A stretch of DNA of 63,628 bases, filler included, from Reclinomonas americana ATCC 50394 (lineage: Eukaryota), in the NCBI GenBank assembly GCA_048213135.1. It is 19 parts of 19 records of this genome, joined end to end, with 100 filler letters (N's around TTAATTAATTAA, not from the genome) between each part and the next. Parts side by side here need not be neighbours in the genome. Positions count along the whole stretch, not along the records: positions 48,769 to 53,418 come from AFZH01017845.1; positions 53,519 to 55,913 come from AFZH01017846.1; positions 56,014 to 58,501 come from AFZH01017847.1; positions 58,602 to 59,819 come from AFZH01017848.1; positions 59,920 to 62,082 come from AFZH01017849.1; positions 62,183 to 63,628 come from AFZH01017850.1; 13 more parts are not named here. One strand, given 5' to 3'. Made by a program: the position numbers and the translations under genes. Under the pieces are notes generated by a model, which made no database searches, had not been told where the DNA came from, and was given only the letters and a program-made list of their open reading frames with translations. Below are positions 49,265 to 62,254 of the stretch, piece by piece. Position 1 is the first letter of the stretch. The number at the start of each line of letters is the position of its first letter.

Positions 49265-52200
49265 CATGCTCGACCACTTGTGTGTTTGTGATTCTATGTG
49301 GTCTCCAATATGCGTGCACTCTCCAACGAACACATGTGATACCGTGCGCGCAGAAAACTTCAGTATGTCTGCCTCTTTGCGGCACTCTCCTCCTTCCCTT
49401 CTCTGTGTCATTCCTCTCCTTTGCCACACTGTCTGCCTTGATTCTATTTCCGTGTTCGTTGCGCGCGAAAGTTAACCGTTGGCATGCATCTCTTTTCGCG
49501 CGCAAACTCCATTTGTTGTTCTCCCTCTCTCCTTTTTGCAGTCGTCATCTCCCCGAGCAACATCGCCATCAGAACCGGCACCGCTGGCCAGATCGTTGAT
49601 ATCAGTGTCGCTGGCTCGGCGATTGCCTGGTCGACTGCCTCTACTGCCGCTCTCTTCCTCGACCGCGCGTGCACTGGCGTGTCGCCTACCACTGTCGTTA
49701 ACTCCAGCACCATCTCTGCTGCCTCGCTCACCTTTAATGCATCGGGTGATGTCAATGGTGGTGAGCGATACCTGTGCATCGACATGGACGGTGCGGGCGC
49801 GGCCACGCGCAACGAGTTTGTGGCCACTGTGTTTGTCTGTTGCGTCTCCATCACTCTCGTCATGATGTGTGCCTCCTCCGACTGACTCCATCCTCTCCTT
49901 CCCTTCCCACCCACACGCAGACACCCTTGGTTCGCAAAACAAGTCGCCGCAGCTGGTCAATGGTCTCGCCGACTTTCGGCTGACGGTGACTGGCCAGCAC
50001 TTTGCCAATCGTGAGCTGGGTACTGGCGGCTCGTTCGGCCTGTACTCGGCCGCCGATTGCAGCGGGTCGACGGCACCAAACTCGAGCGTCACGTTGCAGT
50101 CCAGCGATCCGGCTGGTCTCTACACTGTGTTCTCGGTGGCCACTGGTGCATCGTTCACACAGGGCGCCCTGGGTGTGACGGCCGCCGGCTCATGCTCGCT
50201 GGTGACACCGGGCGTGTACTATCTGTGTGGCAAGTTGCGTTGATGTGCGGGAGAGAAAGGGAAACACTCAGTAATTTGTAATCATGTGAGGTCCGCCGCC
50301 TCCAACAGATGTGGAGAGAGAGAGAGAGAGAGAGAGGAGAAGAGTTGGAACGAGAAGAGAAGATGAGAGAGGTTGAACGGAAGAGAAGAGAAAGAACCAG
50401 AAAGAAAAGAAGAGACGCTTGTGTGATTCGAGTCTCGCTCTGCCCTCTGCATTCCTGATGTTCCTGCTGCTGGTCTTCTTTCTCTTCGTGTCTCTAACGT
50501 AATCACACGGTCACTCCACTCTCCTTCTCCTTCTCGCTCCTCTTCTCCCTCTCTTTTTTCTTTGTTCCGACTCCTCTCCTGCTTCCTCCTCTCCTTCCTC
50601 TCATCCTTTCCCTCTCCCTCTGCCTCCTTCCTCCATCTCTCTCATTCATTTCGCCCTTCTCTACCATCAGATTCCAGGCCGGTGGCACCACCGTGTACCG
50701 CCTGCAACCCCTCCCGCTCATTGTGACTGCCGCCTCATCGACACCTGTGATCTCCTTTGCCAATCCGCCCGTGCTCAAGTACGGCATCGCCAACTCGATT
50801 GTGATTGGTTCCACCACTGAGAACCTGACCGACTGCACGAGCTTCAAGCTGGTGCCGGTCGGCGTCGATTGCTCCACTCTGTCGGACTACTCGACACTTC
50901 CCGGCAGCGTTGGCGCGTCGTTTGTGGGCGCCGGCGCCGACACGTGTGAGTTTGCGACTGGCTGCCGCGTGTTCCGCGCGACCATCACGCCGAACGGGTC
51001 GAGTGGCGGCGGTGCCTACAAGTTGTGCGTGGCGGCCAACAACGGACCGTACGTGTCGTCGGGGGAGTCGTTCACTGCCGGATTCATGACGGCCGGTGGT
51101 CTCAGTGCGAGCAGCAGCGCGGCGCCCACATCCTCGCTGTTGGATGTTGACGACATGGACAGCAGCCCTGCCACCCCCAAGCTGAACATGTCAACACTGG
51201 CAGTGACGGCAACCACGATCCAGTTCACTTTCGCACGCGAGTTCTACCGCCGCCCGCGTGTGTTGCTCGGCTTTGCCAGTGTCGGTCGTCAGGGCGCCGC
51301 TGGCCCAATTTCCACTCTTGCCAACGATCCGACTGACGGCACGTTCGCATTCTGTGCGGAGCCGGTGGTGACTGCGGCGCAACTGTCGACTCGATGCCAT
51401 GGCGTGTCAAGTGACGGCCAGCTGGGACCCACCATCACGCTGAGTTGCGTTCACTACGATGAAGGACAAGGCATTGATGTATGTGGCTCATCATCTTCCC
51501 TCCGCTTTGCTGCATGTGCAGGCTACCTTGCGTACTATGTGCATCAGACGAATGCTCTGTCGATGGACGGTCAGCGCACGCTGGCAAGCGCAGCGTGGGC
51601 GTCGGATGCGGTAAACAAGAACAGCTCAACTGTTGTGTGATTTTGTGTACTGTCGTCTCTCTCGCGCCTGCTCATCCAGCTTACTTCGTGTCGTGCACAG
51701 TTGGTGAGCGTGTCATCTGCGTACCAGTTTGCGTCGGTGCCAGTCGTTCCCGTGGCCGTGATCGGTGTAATGTCGATGCGCCAGTCGGCTGCCGGCAATG
51801 ATGGACGCGTTCGCGGCGACAGCTTTTCGGTGACAAGCAACTCAGCCTCGCGCTCGAGTTTCGTGCTCAAGGGCACGGTGAGCGGCGACTCGCGCATCGA
51901 GGCGGTATCGGCACGCTTTGCTGTGGCACCGACACGCGCCGACAACACCAATAACAGCGGATTCGTCATGCTGTCGGGAGGTGCGTTCTCATCCTCCCCG
52001 TTGGTTGGAGTGACATCAGGTTGTCTCTTTGTCTGACCCTTGCGTGTGGCGCAGAGACGACGCACACCAGCGCAGCGACGACGCAGACAGCCAGTCTGGT
52101 GACGCCATCGACCCCCAATGGCCTGCTGCGTGCCACCATCAGCGTGCAGCTGTTCCTGCGTGGGTGGAAGTCGTCGGCAGTCGTTGTGCAGAACCGCATC

Positions 52201-55200
52201 GACAAGCAGTCGCTGCAGTTCACCACGAAGCGCCTCGGCAATGAGGACTATGTGACGGCGATCTCGTACAGCGCCAGCGGGGCCGACGCGTCTGACGTTG
52301 AGTTCGTGACGTGGGTGGCGATTGGTCGTGCGGCGCAAGGCGCGCCGATCTCGTGCCCTGTCGGCTACAGCGGCTCCAACTGCGGCGTGTGCACGCTGGC
52401 CGACGGTACCACGACGTGCTCACTGAACCGACGTGCGGTGCTGAGCTGTGCCTACGGCACCACTCAGATTGTTGCTGAGTGTGCCGAGGGTCGCGAGTGC
52501 TTTGAGGCTTACGGCTCGGCGCAATGTGGATGCTCGGCGAACGGTGCTGTGTGCTTGAATGGCGGCGACTGCTGCTCTGGCAGCTGTGATTCTGGTCTGT
52601 GTGTGTCAGCGTGCAGTCCAACCACCACGTGCTCTGGTCATGGAACGTGCAAGAGCGACGGAACTTGCCAGTGCGATACCGACTATTACGGTGCATCGTG
52701 CAATGTGAACTGTGTGGCGGGCACGACGTGCTCGGGCCACGGAATATGCCAGAGTGACGGCACTTGCCAGTGCAACAACAACTATTACGGTGCCTCATGC
52801 AATGTGAACTGCGTGGCGGGCACGACGTGCTCGGGCCACGGAACGTGCAAGACCGACGGCACGTGTCTATGCACGAGCGACTACACCAATGCCAGCTGCA
52901 ACTGCAGTCCCACTGCGACGTGCTCTGGTCACGGTACATGCAAGACTGACGGCACGTGTCTGTGCACGGGCGACTACACCAACGCCAGCTGCAACTGCAG
53001 TCCCACTACCACGTGCTCGGGCAACGGAACGTGCAAGACTGACGGCACCTGTCAGTGCACTGGCGACTACACCAACGCCAGCTGTAACTGCAGTCCCACT
53101 GCCACCTGTTCGGGTCATGGAACATGCAACACCGATGGAACGTGTCTCTGCACGGGCGACTACACCAATGCCAGCTGCAACTGCAGTCCCACTGCGACGT
53201 GCTCTGGTCACGGTACATGCAAGACTGACGGCACGTGTCTGTGCACTGGCGACTACACCAATGCCAGCTGCAACTGCAGTCCCATTGCGACGTGCTCTGG
53301 TCACGGCACGTGCAAAACTGACGGCACGTGTCTCTGCACGGGCGACTACACCAATGCCAGCTGCAACTGCAGTCTCACTGCGACGTGCTCCGGTCACGGT
53401 ACGTGCAAGACTGACGGCNNNNNNNNNNNNNNNNNNNNNNNNNNNNNNNNNNNNNNNNNNNNTTAATTAATTAANNNNNNNNNNNNNNNNNNNNNNNNNN
53501 NNNNNNNNNNNNNNNNNNAGGCTTGCGGCTGTGGCGAACAACAATCAACTGTACATCTCCATTGACTCTGGTGTGACGTGGACGCCTCGTGATTCCAGTC
53601 GCGGCTGGCTGTCAGTGGCCGCCAGCGCTGACGGCATCAAGCTCGTGGCCGGTGCGGATCAGGTGTATGTTTTCTCATGTATTCCTAGCTGCAGTCCCGC
53701 CACAACCTGTTCTGGTCATGGAACGTGCAACACCGACGGCACGTGTCTGTGCATGGACGACTACACCAATGCCAGTTGTAACTGCAGCCCGACAACCACA
53801 TGCTCTGGTCATGGAGCGTGCAACACCGATGGAACGTGCACTTGCGCAAGTCCTTGGAGTGGTGAGTAATGTGATAGCTGTCGACCGTGAATTCGCTGCT
53901 GCTCAATGCTGACTTGTTCCCGCGAACAGGGCCCGCGTGCTCAACTTGCTCTGGCGATCCTGTTGTTTCCCTTGGATACATAGGCAGCTGGGTGCCGTTG
54001 GCCTCCAGCAGTGACGGCACCAAACTGGTTGCTATAGAGAGTAGCAGTGGTCGGATCTACACCTCCACTGATAGCGGTGTGTCGTGGACAGCACGTGAGT
54101 CCAGTCGCAGTTGGAGTGGGGTGGCATCCAGCAGTGACGGCACCAAGCTGGTGGCTGTGGTGTATGATGGCCGAATCTACACCTCTGCCGACTCTGGCGT
54201 GACGTGGACAGCTCGCGAGGCCAATCGCCTCTGGATTTCGGTGGCCTCCAGCAGTGACGGCAGCAATCTCGTCGCAGTTGCTCAGGCAGACAAGATTTAC
54301 ACCTCCACGGACTCTGGCGCCACGTGGACGCCTCGCGAGTCCGATCGCAACTGGATTTCAGTGGCCTCCAGCAGCGATGGCACCAAACTGGTGGCTGTGG
54401 AGAATCTCGGACTAATCTACACCTCTGCCGACTCGGGCGTAACATGGACAGCTCGTGAGACCAGTCGCTCATGGCAATCAGTGGCCTCCAGCAGTGACGG
54501 CACAAAATTGGTGGCCGTAGACAATGGCAATGGTCAGGTTTACACCTCGACTGACTCTGGTGTAAACTGGACAGCTCGTGATTCCAATCGCTCCTGGTGG
54601 TCAGTCACCTCCAGCAGTGACGGAACCAAGCTCGTGGCTGTGGCGATTAGTGATCAGATTTACACTTCCACTGACTCTGGAGTGACATGGACGCCTCGTG
54701 ATTCCACTCGTGCGTGGCTATCAGTGACCTCCAACAGTGACGGCACCAAGTTGGTGGCTGGGACTAGCAGCGGGCAGCTGTATACCTCCACTGACTCTGG
54801 CGTGACATGGACTGGGGTGACTTCCGAAGGGCTACATGGGAAGAGTACCTGCCAGGCAGTGGCTTCCAGCAGTGACGGCACCAAGCTTGTTGCAGCTGTG
54901 CAAGGGGGTCAGTTGTACACCTCCACTGACTCGGGCGTGACATGGATTGCTCGTGATTCCAGTCGCGGTTGGCAATCAGTGGCTTCCAGCAGCGATGGCA
55001 CCAAGCTGGTGGCTTTGGTGAACATTGGTCCGATTTACACCTCCACTGACTCTGGAGTGACGTGGACGGCTCGTGTATTTGCTCGCAACTGGACTGCAGT
55101 GGCCTCCAGCAGTGACGGCACCAAGCTGGTAGCAGTTACAGATGGAGATAATATGTACACCTCCACTGACTCTGGTGTGACGTGGACGACTCGTGAATCC

Positions 55201-55647
55201 TTTTGGCAGTGGCGTGGAGTGGCCTCCAGCAGTGACGGCACCAAGCTGGTGGCTGTGGTGAATAGTCGCCAGATTTACACCTCCACTGACTCTGGCGTGA
55301 CGTGGACTGCTCGTGATTCCAATCGCGGCTGGAGTGGAGTGGCCTCCAGCAGCGATGGCACCAAGCTGGTGGCAGTTGAGCAAGGTGGCCAGATCTACAC
55401 CTCCACTGACTCGGGTGTGACATGGACTGCTCGTGATTCCGCTCGTGAATGGACTGCAGTGGCCTCCAGCAGTGACGGCACCAGGCTTGCGGCTGTGGCG
55501 AGCAACGATCAACTGTACATCTCCACTGACTCTGGTGTGACGTGGACGGCTCGTGATTCCAGTCGCGGCTGGCTGTCAGTGGCTTCCAGCAGTGACGGCA
55601 CCCAGATTGTGGCCGGTGCGGATCAGGTGTACACTTTCCCGTGTTGA
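49000..55647 (+). CDS. Large secreted protein: signal peptide, beta-rich N-terminal domains, EGF-like repeats and BNR/Asp-box propeller repeats; spans gap 53419-53518
   Basis: Signal peptide LCLFALLSLAVLCNTAAA. Mostly 30-aa EGF-like units CSPTATCSGHGTCKTDGTCLCTGDYTNASCN at 52610-53418 and 53690-53860. Fourteen 40-aa units W.xVASSSDGTKLVA....IYTSTDSGVTW at about 53990-55640. Confidence 0.88.
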
Positions 55648-55784
55648 CCGTTTTCCCCCGCAAGTGCATGTTGTTTTGTTGTTTTGAACGATGTGGTCGC
55701 AAGAGAACGACTCCCGCCTTTTTGTATTCTTTGCATGCCAATGACATGAAATTTCATTTTGAAACTTCACTTCGACGCGCACGC

Positions 55785-57995
55785 ATGCACAGCGACAGTG
55801 GCAGTGAGAGTGACTCCGGCAGTGAGACACACGAGAGAAGACGCCGGACTCGTCGCCAGAACCCACGGCACGACTCTGTGGAGGAGCTGCTGTTGAGTCC
55901 CAGCGACGACGATNNNNNNNNNNNNNNNNNNNNNNNNNNNNNNNNNNNNNNNNNNNNTTAATTAATTAANNNNNNNNNNNNNNNNNNNNNNNNNNNNNNN
56001 NNNNNNNNNNNNNAACATGGAGAACGTGATGCTGTCGCGCAAGTTGAACTTGTGGGCGACGCCGCCTCGTAACGAGACCACGCTGCGCGAAGCGCTGGCC
56101 TCGTGCGACAATGTGTTCCTGCTGTTTAGCGTTAACAACAGCGGGTGCTTCCAGGGGTACGCGAGAATGTCGACGCGACGGATTGATCCGGTGGAATATC
56201 CGCCCACCATCTGGTGCGCGAATCAGGCAGGACGGGTGCACTGGGGCGACAATTTCGCCGTCGACTGGATGTGCAGGTTTGCGTTTGTGTTTGCGTGTGT
56301 CATTTGTTCGCGTTTCGTCTTGCGCTCAGCGTTGGGGGTTCTGCGGCAGCTGTTCATTGCCATTCAGCGCGTGCCCCGCGGAGAATCCGTTCACCAACAT
56401 GTCGCTTCGTCGGAGTCGCGATGGACAGGAGGTGGCTCCGGATGTGGCGGTGGAGTTGTGTCGTCTGATGGACGAGGCAGCGGCGGGACCGGCGTCGCCG
56501 GGAGGACGCCGACCTGTGACCTCGCCGAGAATGGCAAACGCGAGAGTGGAGCAGGAGCGACAGGTGAGGAGTGCGCCTGCGCTGCTTCGCTTCTTCGAGG
56601 TGGCTGACCATTCTCGGCAGGGTAAGCGCGCTCGTAGTCCCGAGCCGCCTCCACTGTCGCTTGCGAGTCAGGCCGCAGAGGGCTCGCCGCCGCCTATACG
56701 ACGACAGCGGCAGGACAGCAGTCCGCGTTGCGTCCACGTGTTCTTTTATTTGTTGGTCATGTTGCCGTTGCTCACTTGCCACTTGCAGCACACGTCATTC
56801 GTGTCGTGACGCATCGCGGCTCGCCGCCGACTGTGGTCGGCAGCCCGTTAGCATCGGCGTTGACTTCACCGAATGCCGCTGCTGCATCATTCGCCCCTCC
56901 AGTTGCGTGGTCCCGCACTTTCGCGTTGTCACGTTGCCCTGTTCTTGCTCGAAAGTTTCTGCGTGGTTTCGTCTCCACTTCCATTGTCCTTCTCCTCCTT
57001 TCTCTGTGATTTCCCTCGCCTCTCTCGTGTCCGCCGTCACGTAAGTCCCCTATCTCTCTTCCGAACTGTCGCCTTAACTGTCACCGTTGATTGATTCCCT
57101 TTCTCTCTTTTCTGCTTTAATGTATTCTCCTTCTCTCTTTCCTCTTATCCTGTTTTCTCTAATCCCCCCCCTCCCTTCGATCTCCTTCTTCCTATTCCCT
57201 TTGTTCTTTCCCGCCACTCCATCCCCTTTCTCTCGTCTCTCCCCTCTGTCGCCCTCTTCCTTTTCTCCCTCTCTCCGCTTCTCTCTTACCTCGGCCCTGT
57301 CCATCCTTTCCCCTTCTCCGGCGCAGCACCCAGAGCACCGCCGCCGCCATAGCCAATCTCCGCAAGAATCGGCGTCGGTGCGTGTGATTGTCCGCGCCCA
57401 CGACCAAGTTCTGTCGCCTCGTCGGCTGCATGTGGACGACCGTCGACCTCAGCAACACCAGCCGCGCCAACACCAGCACCACCACCAGCACCACGAACAT
57501 CAGCATCACCAGCATCACCAGCACCAGCACCAGCACCACCACCACCAGCATCAGCACCAGTCGCAGCAACCGTCACCGCAGCAAGCACGTCCACCGCCGC
57601 GCCAGAGCCCTCCGATGCTGGCGTCTCCCATGCAACATGCATCTGGACCGCCGGGCCAGCGCAAGCCCTTTGCTGGCGGTGAGATTGACACTCCCACAAC
57701 TCCTTCTCCCCCTCTTGGTGCCTGACATCCTTCCACCGTTGCAGGTCGTCGCCGGCAGCCTCAAACAACGGGTGGCCGGGCGTGGTCTCGTCATGTGGAC
57801 GACTTTGAAGACCCCACGCAGATCGCCATTGCTGCTGCACCCGCGGCGGCTGCCAACAGCGCACCTCGCCAGGTTTGTGACATGCTTTCGTGGCTGCAGA
57901 GTATACGTCAACCACCTGACTCTGGCAGTCGCAGAATCAGGCGTCGCGCAAATCGTGGCGGTAACAGCAGCTGGCGATGTGATGAGGGGGAGTAG
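55785..57995 (+). CDS. YTH-domain (m6A-reader, YTHDC-like) protein with His/Gln-rich tail; spans gap 55914-56013
   Basis: ENVMLS..NLWATPPRNE..L..A..NVFLLFSVNNSGCFQGYARM..W..FAVDW..LPF..NPF..SRDGQEV. Start and end are inferred. Confidence 0.9.
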
Positions 57996-58095
57996 GGCTG
58001 TTCAATGAGCCTCGGTGGGCAGTGAAGAACACCAGAGGGAGAGCAAAGATGTCCTGTCAGATTGTTGTTTGATTCCGATTCCATTCGCGAGTGAG

Positions 58096-59074
58096 ATGAG
58101 CCCGTGTCACACTCTGGTCATTGCACTAGCCGCGTGCCTCCTTGTGGCATGCACTGCAGCGAATGGTGAGCTGCCTCCACGTGTGCTCTCCACTGTGCAC
58201 AACGCCGACAACTCCACCACGACCAAGTTCATCACGCGCACATTCACTCTGCTTCCTGGTCAGTCGGTGAGTGGCATGCAGCAAGGAAGAGAGAGTGAGA
58301 CAGTGAGACAGTGAGAGAGAGAAAGAGAGAGAGAGGAGAGATGAGAGAGCATCTCGTGTTGGGATGTTGACCGCTGTGCGCAGTTCTCCACTGCCGCTGT
58401 GCCGATTGATGTGCTCATGCCCCGCACACCGGGTGATGCGCTGATTGGGTTTGGTCCGGCGGAGATCGTCGAGGTACGAGTGCCGCCGGGAGACGATACA
58501 GNNNNNNNNNNNNNNNNNNNNNNNNNNNNNNNNNNNNNNNNNNNNTTAATTAATTAANNNNNNNNNNNNNNNNNNNNNNNNNNNNNNNNNNNNNNNNNNN
58601 NCCCCGATGTTGTCACCCGGTGCACGCAACGTGCTGGTGGAGTTGGTGACACCAGAAGGACGCACGCTCGTGTGCAACGGTCAGGCGCTGTACACGAGGA
58701 GCGAGGGGCCAGCCGTCAAGGGCGTGATGGGATGCGAGAATGCCACCGTGCAAGTGCCGCCCAATGGCCGTCTCCGCAGTTGCGTGCCTCGTCGTTGTCG
58801 ATGAATCTCTCTCACACACACACCCCTTTTTTCTCACGTATGTACCCATCGCGCAGTCACCGCTGCGTACTTCCGCGACCGCGATCGTGGAGGAGTGACG
58901 GGCGCCATTTCGGGCGGCGAGGCGCACTATTCGGGCCCAGTTCCGCCCGTGGATCCCAACGACGGCAAGCCAAGTGGAGTGGCGCGGATCTTGTGGGTCA
59001 TCCTGGCGGTCATCGGCAGCGCCATGTCAGTGACCGGCGTGGTGCTGCTGGTGAAGTTGTACCGGCGACCGTGA
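58096..59074 (+). CDS. Type I membrane protein, SURNod19-like; spans gap 58502-58601
   Basis: Signal peptide, KFITRTFTLLPGQS..MPR..GFGPAEIVE, EGRTLVC...LY..VKGVMGC..LRITAAY..GGVTG and a C-terminal TM ILWVILAVIGSAMSVTGVVLLV. Family assignment is from recalled pattern only. Confidence 0.6.
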
Positions 59075-59440
59075 AACTTTATTTGCCGTCAATGAAGAGA
59101 GGGTAGTCTGTTATGGCGTTTTTGTGCACTATGCAGCAGCTCAGCAAGCGACCAGGGGAAGAAGCTGATGGAAAAAGCGAGGGAAGAAACTGAAACTCTC
59201 TTCGACCAACGATATCAATCGTCGACAGCACGCCCCAATCATCCACGCGTTGCGATCACGAGACGCCCTCTTCCTTCCCTTCTCCATCGCCACTGCCTCT
59301 CCTCAATACCACAGAACGCGGTTGGGCCATCAATATAAAAAGTCGCAAAAAACTGCCTATCCGGTAAACGGTCGATCCGTTGAGTGCTCGACTTCCTCTC
59401 TTTTCTCCTTCGTCCCTTTTTCTGATCGTATCTGTGTGCA

Positions 59441-59726
59441 ATGGCCGCAGCACGAGGCACCACGCCACCCAATCTCGACGGGGTCATTCCCCTCGTCCGA
59501 CCCACACAGCACATGAAGGCACATGATCCTCTCACTCTCGTTCTCTCTCTCTCTCTCTCTGTGTGTGTCACTCACTGTGTGTGTGCGCGTGTGCAGGTTC
59601 CTGTGTCGACTGTGGGCGGCATCTCTCCCAATCTGGAGAACGTTGGTGGGCGCATGATGGTGGTGCATGAGCAGAAGCGTCACAGAGAGCGCATGGCGGC
59701 CACAAAGTCAACGGTGAGAGAGTGAA

Positions 59727-59771
<45 letters not shown>

Positions 59772-60002
59772 GAGTAGAGAGAGAGAGAGAGAGAGAGAGA
59801 GGAGGAGGAGAGAGAGAGANNNNNNNNNNNNNNNNNNNNNNNNNNNNNNNNNNNNNNNNNNNNTTAATTAATTAANNNNNNNNNNNNNNNNNNNNNNNNN
59901 NNNNNNNNNNNNNNNNNNNCTGTGGTGGTGGAGGAGTGGGAGAGGTGGTTGTTGATCGTGGCCGGCCAACTATGTGCACCGCTGTATCACGACTCCACGA
60001 GG
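59441..60002 (+). CDS. Hypothetical protein, 5' exons
   Basis: MAAARGTTPPNLDGVIPLVRPTQHMK, then an AAG|GCACAT..CAG intron, then VPVSTVGGISPNLENVGGRMMVVHEQKRHRERMAATKST. After the gap possibly VVVDRGRPTM. 3' end not resolved. Confidence 0.45.
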
Positions 60003-60189
60003 GTGCCGAACCCATGTTCACACACACACACACACGCACACAAAGAGAGACAGTGTGTGGTGTGGTGTGGCGAGCTGAAAAGCGAGCGGGCGACTCGACG
60101 CGTGCGAAGCGGAGGAGGCGGTGACTGCGTTGCCTTTTCTCTCGAAAAACACGAAATCTCAAACGGAACAGCATTTTGCCAAATTTGGT

Positions 60190-61460
60190 GAGTGGTACGT
60201 CAATACCAGAAATCCGGCTGGCCCCACTCAATTGTGCGGCAATGTCGATGTGAATCTCTTTATGCGGACCCGCTCGTTAACGAGTTATGCGCGATGCAGA
60301 TGCGCGATGGGCGTGAGGGATGGCAGAGCGCCGGTGTTCCGTTTATTGGACGGAGTTTCGGCGGAGAGTGTCGACCCGATATCGCCGCGTGCAAATGTCG
60401 AATTCGCGAATATCACAACGATATCGTATATTTCGTGTAACGTTGATCGAGTTTTGGCAGTCCACTCTTCGCGGCAGACCCACACTGCATGGACAATTCG
60501 AGGTTGGTATTTGCGGGCGGCAGGCTGCTGTGGAATTCGAGCCGGCAATGCGCACGTGGGAGAGAGAACTGCAGGCTCTGAAACCGCGACATCGAGCTCG
60601 AGCTCGCTAAGGTAGTGCCGGCCGATCGCAGAGGAGATGGACACTTCCAGCGCGTGTGAGCAATAATGCCAGCTTTTAATCAATTGCCGTCTCGCGATCG
60701 AATCCACTTCCGCGGTTTTTACAAGGTCCTCCACACATGCACACAATTGGGCACTGGCAACTCACTCCCCTATTGGCTGTGATGCGAATTCGGAGCTGGT
60801 TCGAATCCATGATTCGCGCGCACCTTCATTTCGTTGATTGCAATGCCTTCGAACGTGCAAATTCCTGACCACTGTGTCGACATGCAGGAGAGAGAGAGAT
60901 GATTGTCTTCGGGCCACTCGTCACCTGCACCTTCGGCCAGCGTTGCTTCGACAGAATTGTAATTGGCCGTCGGATTTCGAACTCGACGAACTCGAATTGC
61001 TTGAGCCGGCATGAGAGCCCACAGACACCCCAGCCACGATCAGAAACTAGAGCTCGTGCTGCTGCTTCGGAGATGGATGGACTTGGTCCTCGAGAGCAGT
61101 ATCGGCACATTCCATGAATTCGAACTCGACATTGAATTGCTCGACACTCATCTGCAAAGGCGCGTAGTTACCCTTGTGTCTGACGTCTAGCTGTATCTCT
61201 TTTAGGTAGGCGAGCTTCGTTGGTCCTCGAGCTTGTCGGCACATGAATTCGCTGTTGTCAAACACCTGCACGCGCGCGCACAGCAATCGCGACCACAAGC
61301 TGGAACTCGATGCACAACGCTCCGACACGAGAGCGCACAGAAACCCTTGCACATGACGTTTTGCTAAGCTTTACACTGCTGTTTCGTATTCGTGAGCTTC
61401 GGCTGGTCCTCGACAACAAACTGAATTCGAACGCTCGAAGTTGTTGATCGGCACCTCTGC
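60190..61460. other. Palindrome-dense block with degenerate internal repeats
   Basis: Palindromes at 60273-60284, 60402-60411, 60418-60427 and 60593-60606. TGGTCCTCGA at 61084, 61221 and 61404, each followed by TGAATTCG. Confidence 0.65.
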
Positions 61461-61593
61461 AGCAACACCACCACCCACCAGCACCCACCGGCGACGCACT
61501 TTCCACACGCCTCAAACGCACCACAAACACGCGTGAGACGGAGACAGGCGTCATGACAGTTGTCCCACTCCCGCTTTTTCTCATCTTGCGAGA

Positions 61594-62182
61594 ATGTACC
61601 GCCACCTCCCGCGCTCCGCACTCGCCACCTCGCGCGTGTTCCCTCCACGCCCAAGTCCCGCCGACGAGCGCCGACTCACACCAAAGCACGTGCCTCTGGT
61701 GCCCTCCGAAGGCGACACCACCACCTTCATTGCAGACTCTGCCTCCTCCTCCTCCACAACAACAACAACAACCACACAGTCTCATCCTCAACAGCAACAA
61801 CAACAGCGTCGTCATCATCATCATCATGTCGTGTCGCCCATGTCAGGCTCTTCTTCCTCGTCTTCTTCTTCCTCGTCTTCATCATTGCTTTCGCCTTCGT
61901 CTGCGCGGTCGATGTCGACTCTGACTGCCGCGCCGCACTTGTTGCCGCTGTCGCTGATCAAGCGCTTGCCTAAAGCCGAGTTGCATGCGCACTTGGAGTT
62001 GAGTTTGAGTGTGTGTGTGTGTGAGAGGTTGTGTGAAGATTCGGCAGATGCGAATGTGCTCTTGTGTGTGTGCAAGTGTGTGNNNNNNNNNNNNNNNNNN
62101 NNNNNNNNNNNNNNNNNNNNNNNNNNTTAATTAATTAANNNNNNNNNNNNNNNNNNNNNNNNNNNNNNNNNNNNNNNNNNNN

Positions 62183-62254
<72 letters not shown>

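Noticed and set aside
59872..60231. Minus-strand ORF containing MGSAPSW as a myristoylated protein start
   Set aside because: Plus-strand reading (VVVDRGRPTM) fits better as a continuation of the gene starting at 59441; neither is certain.
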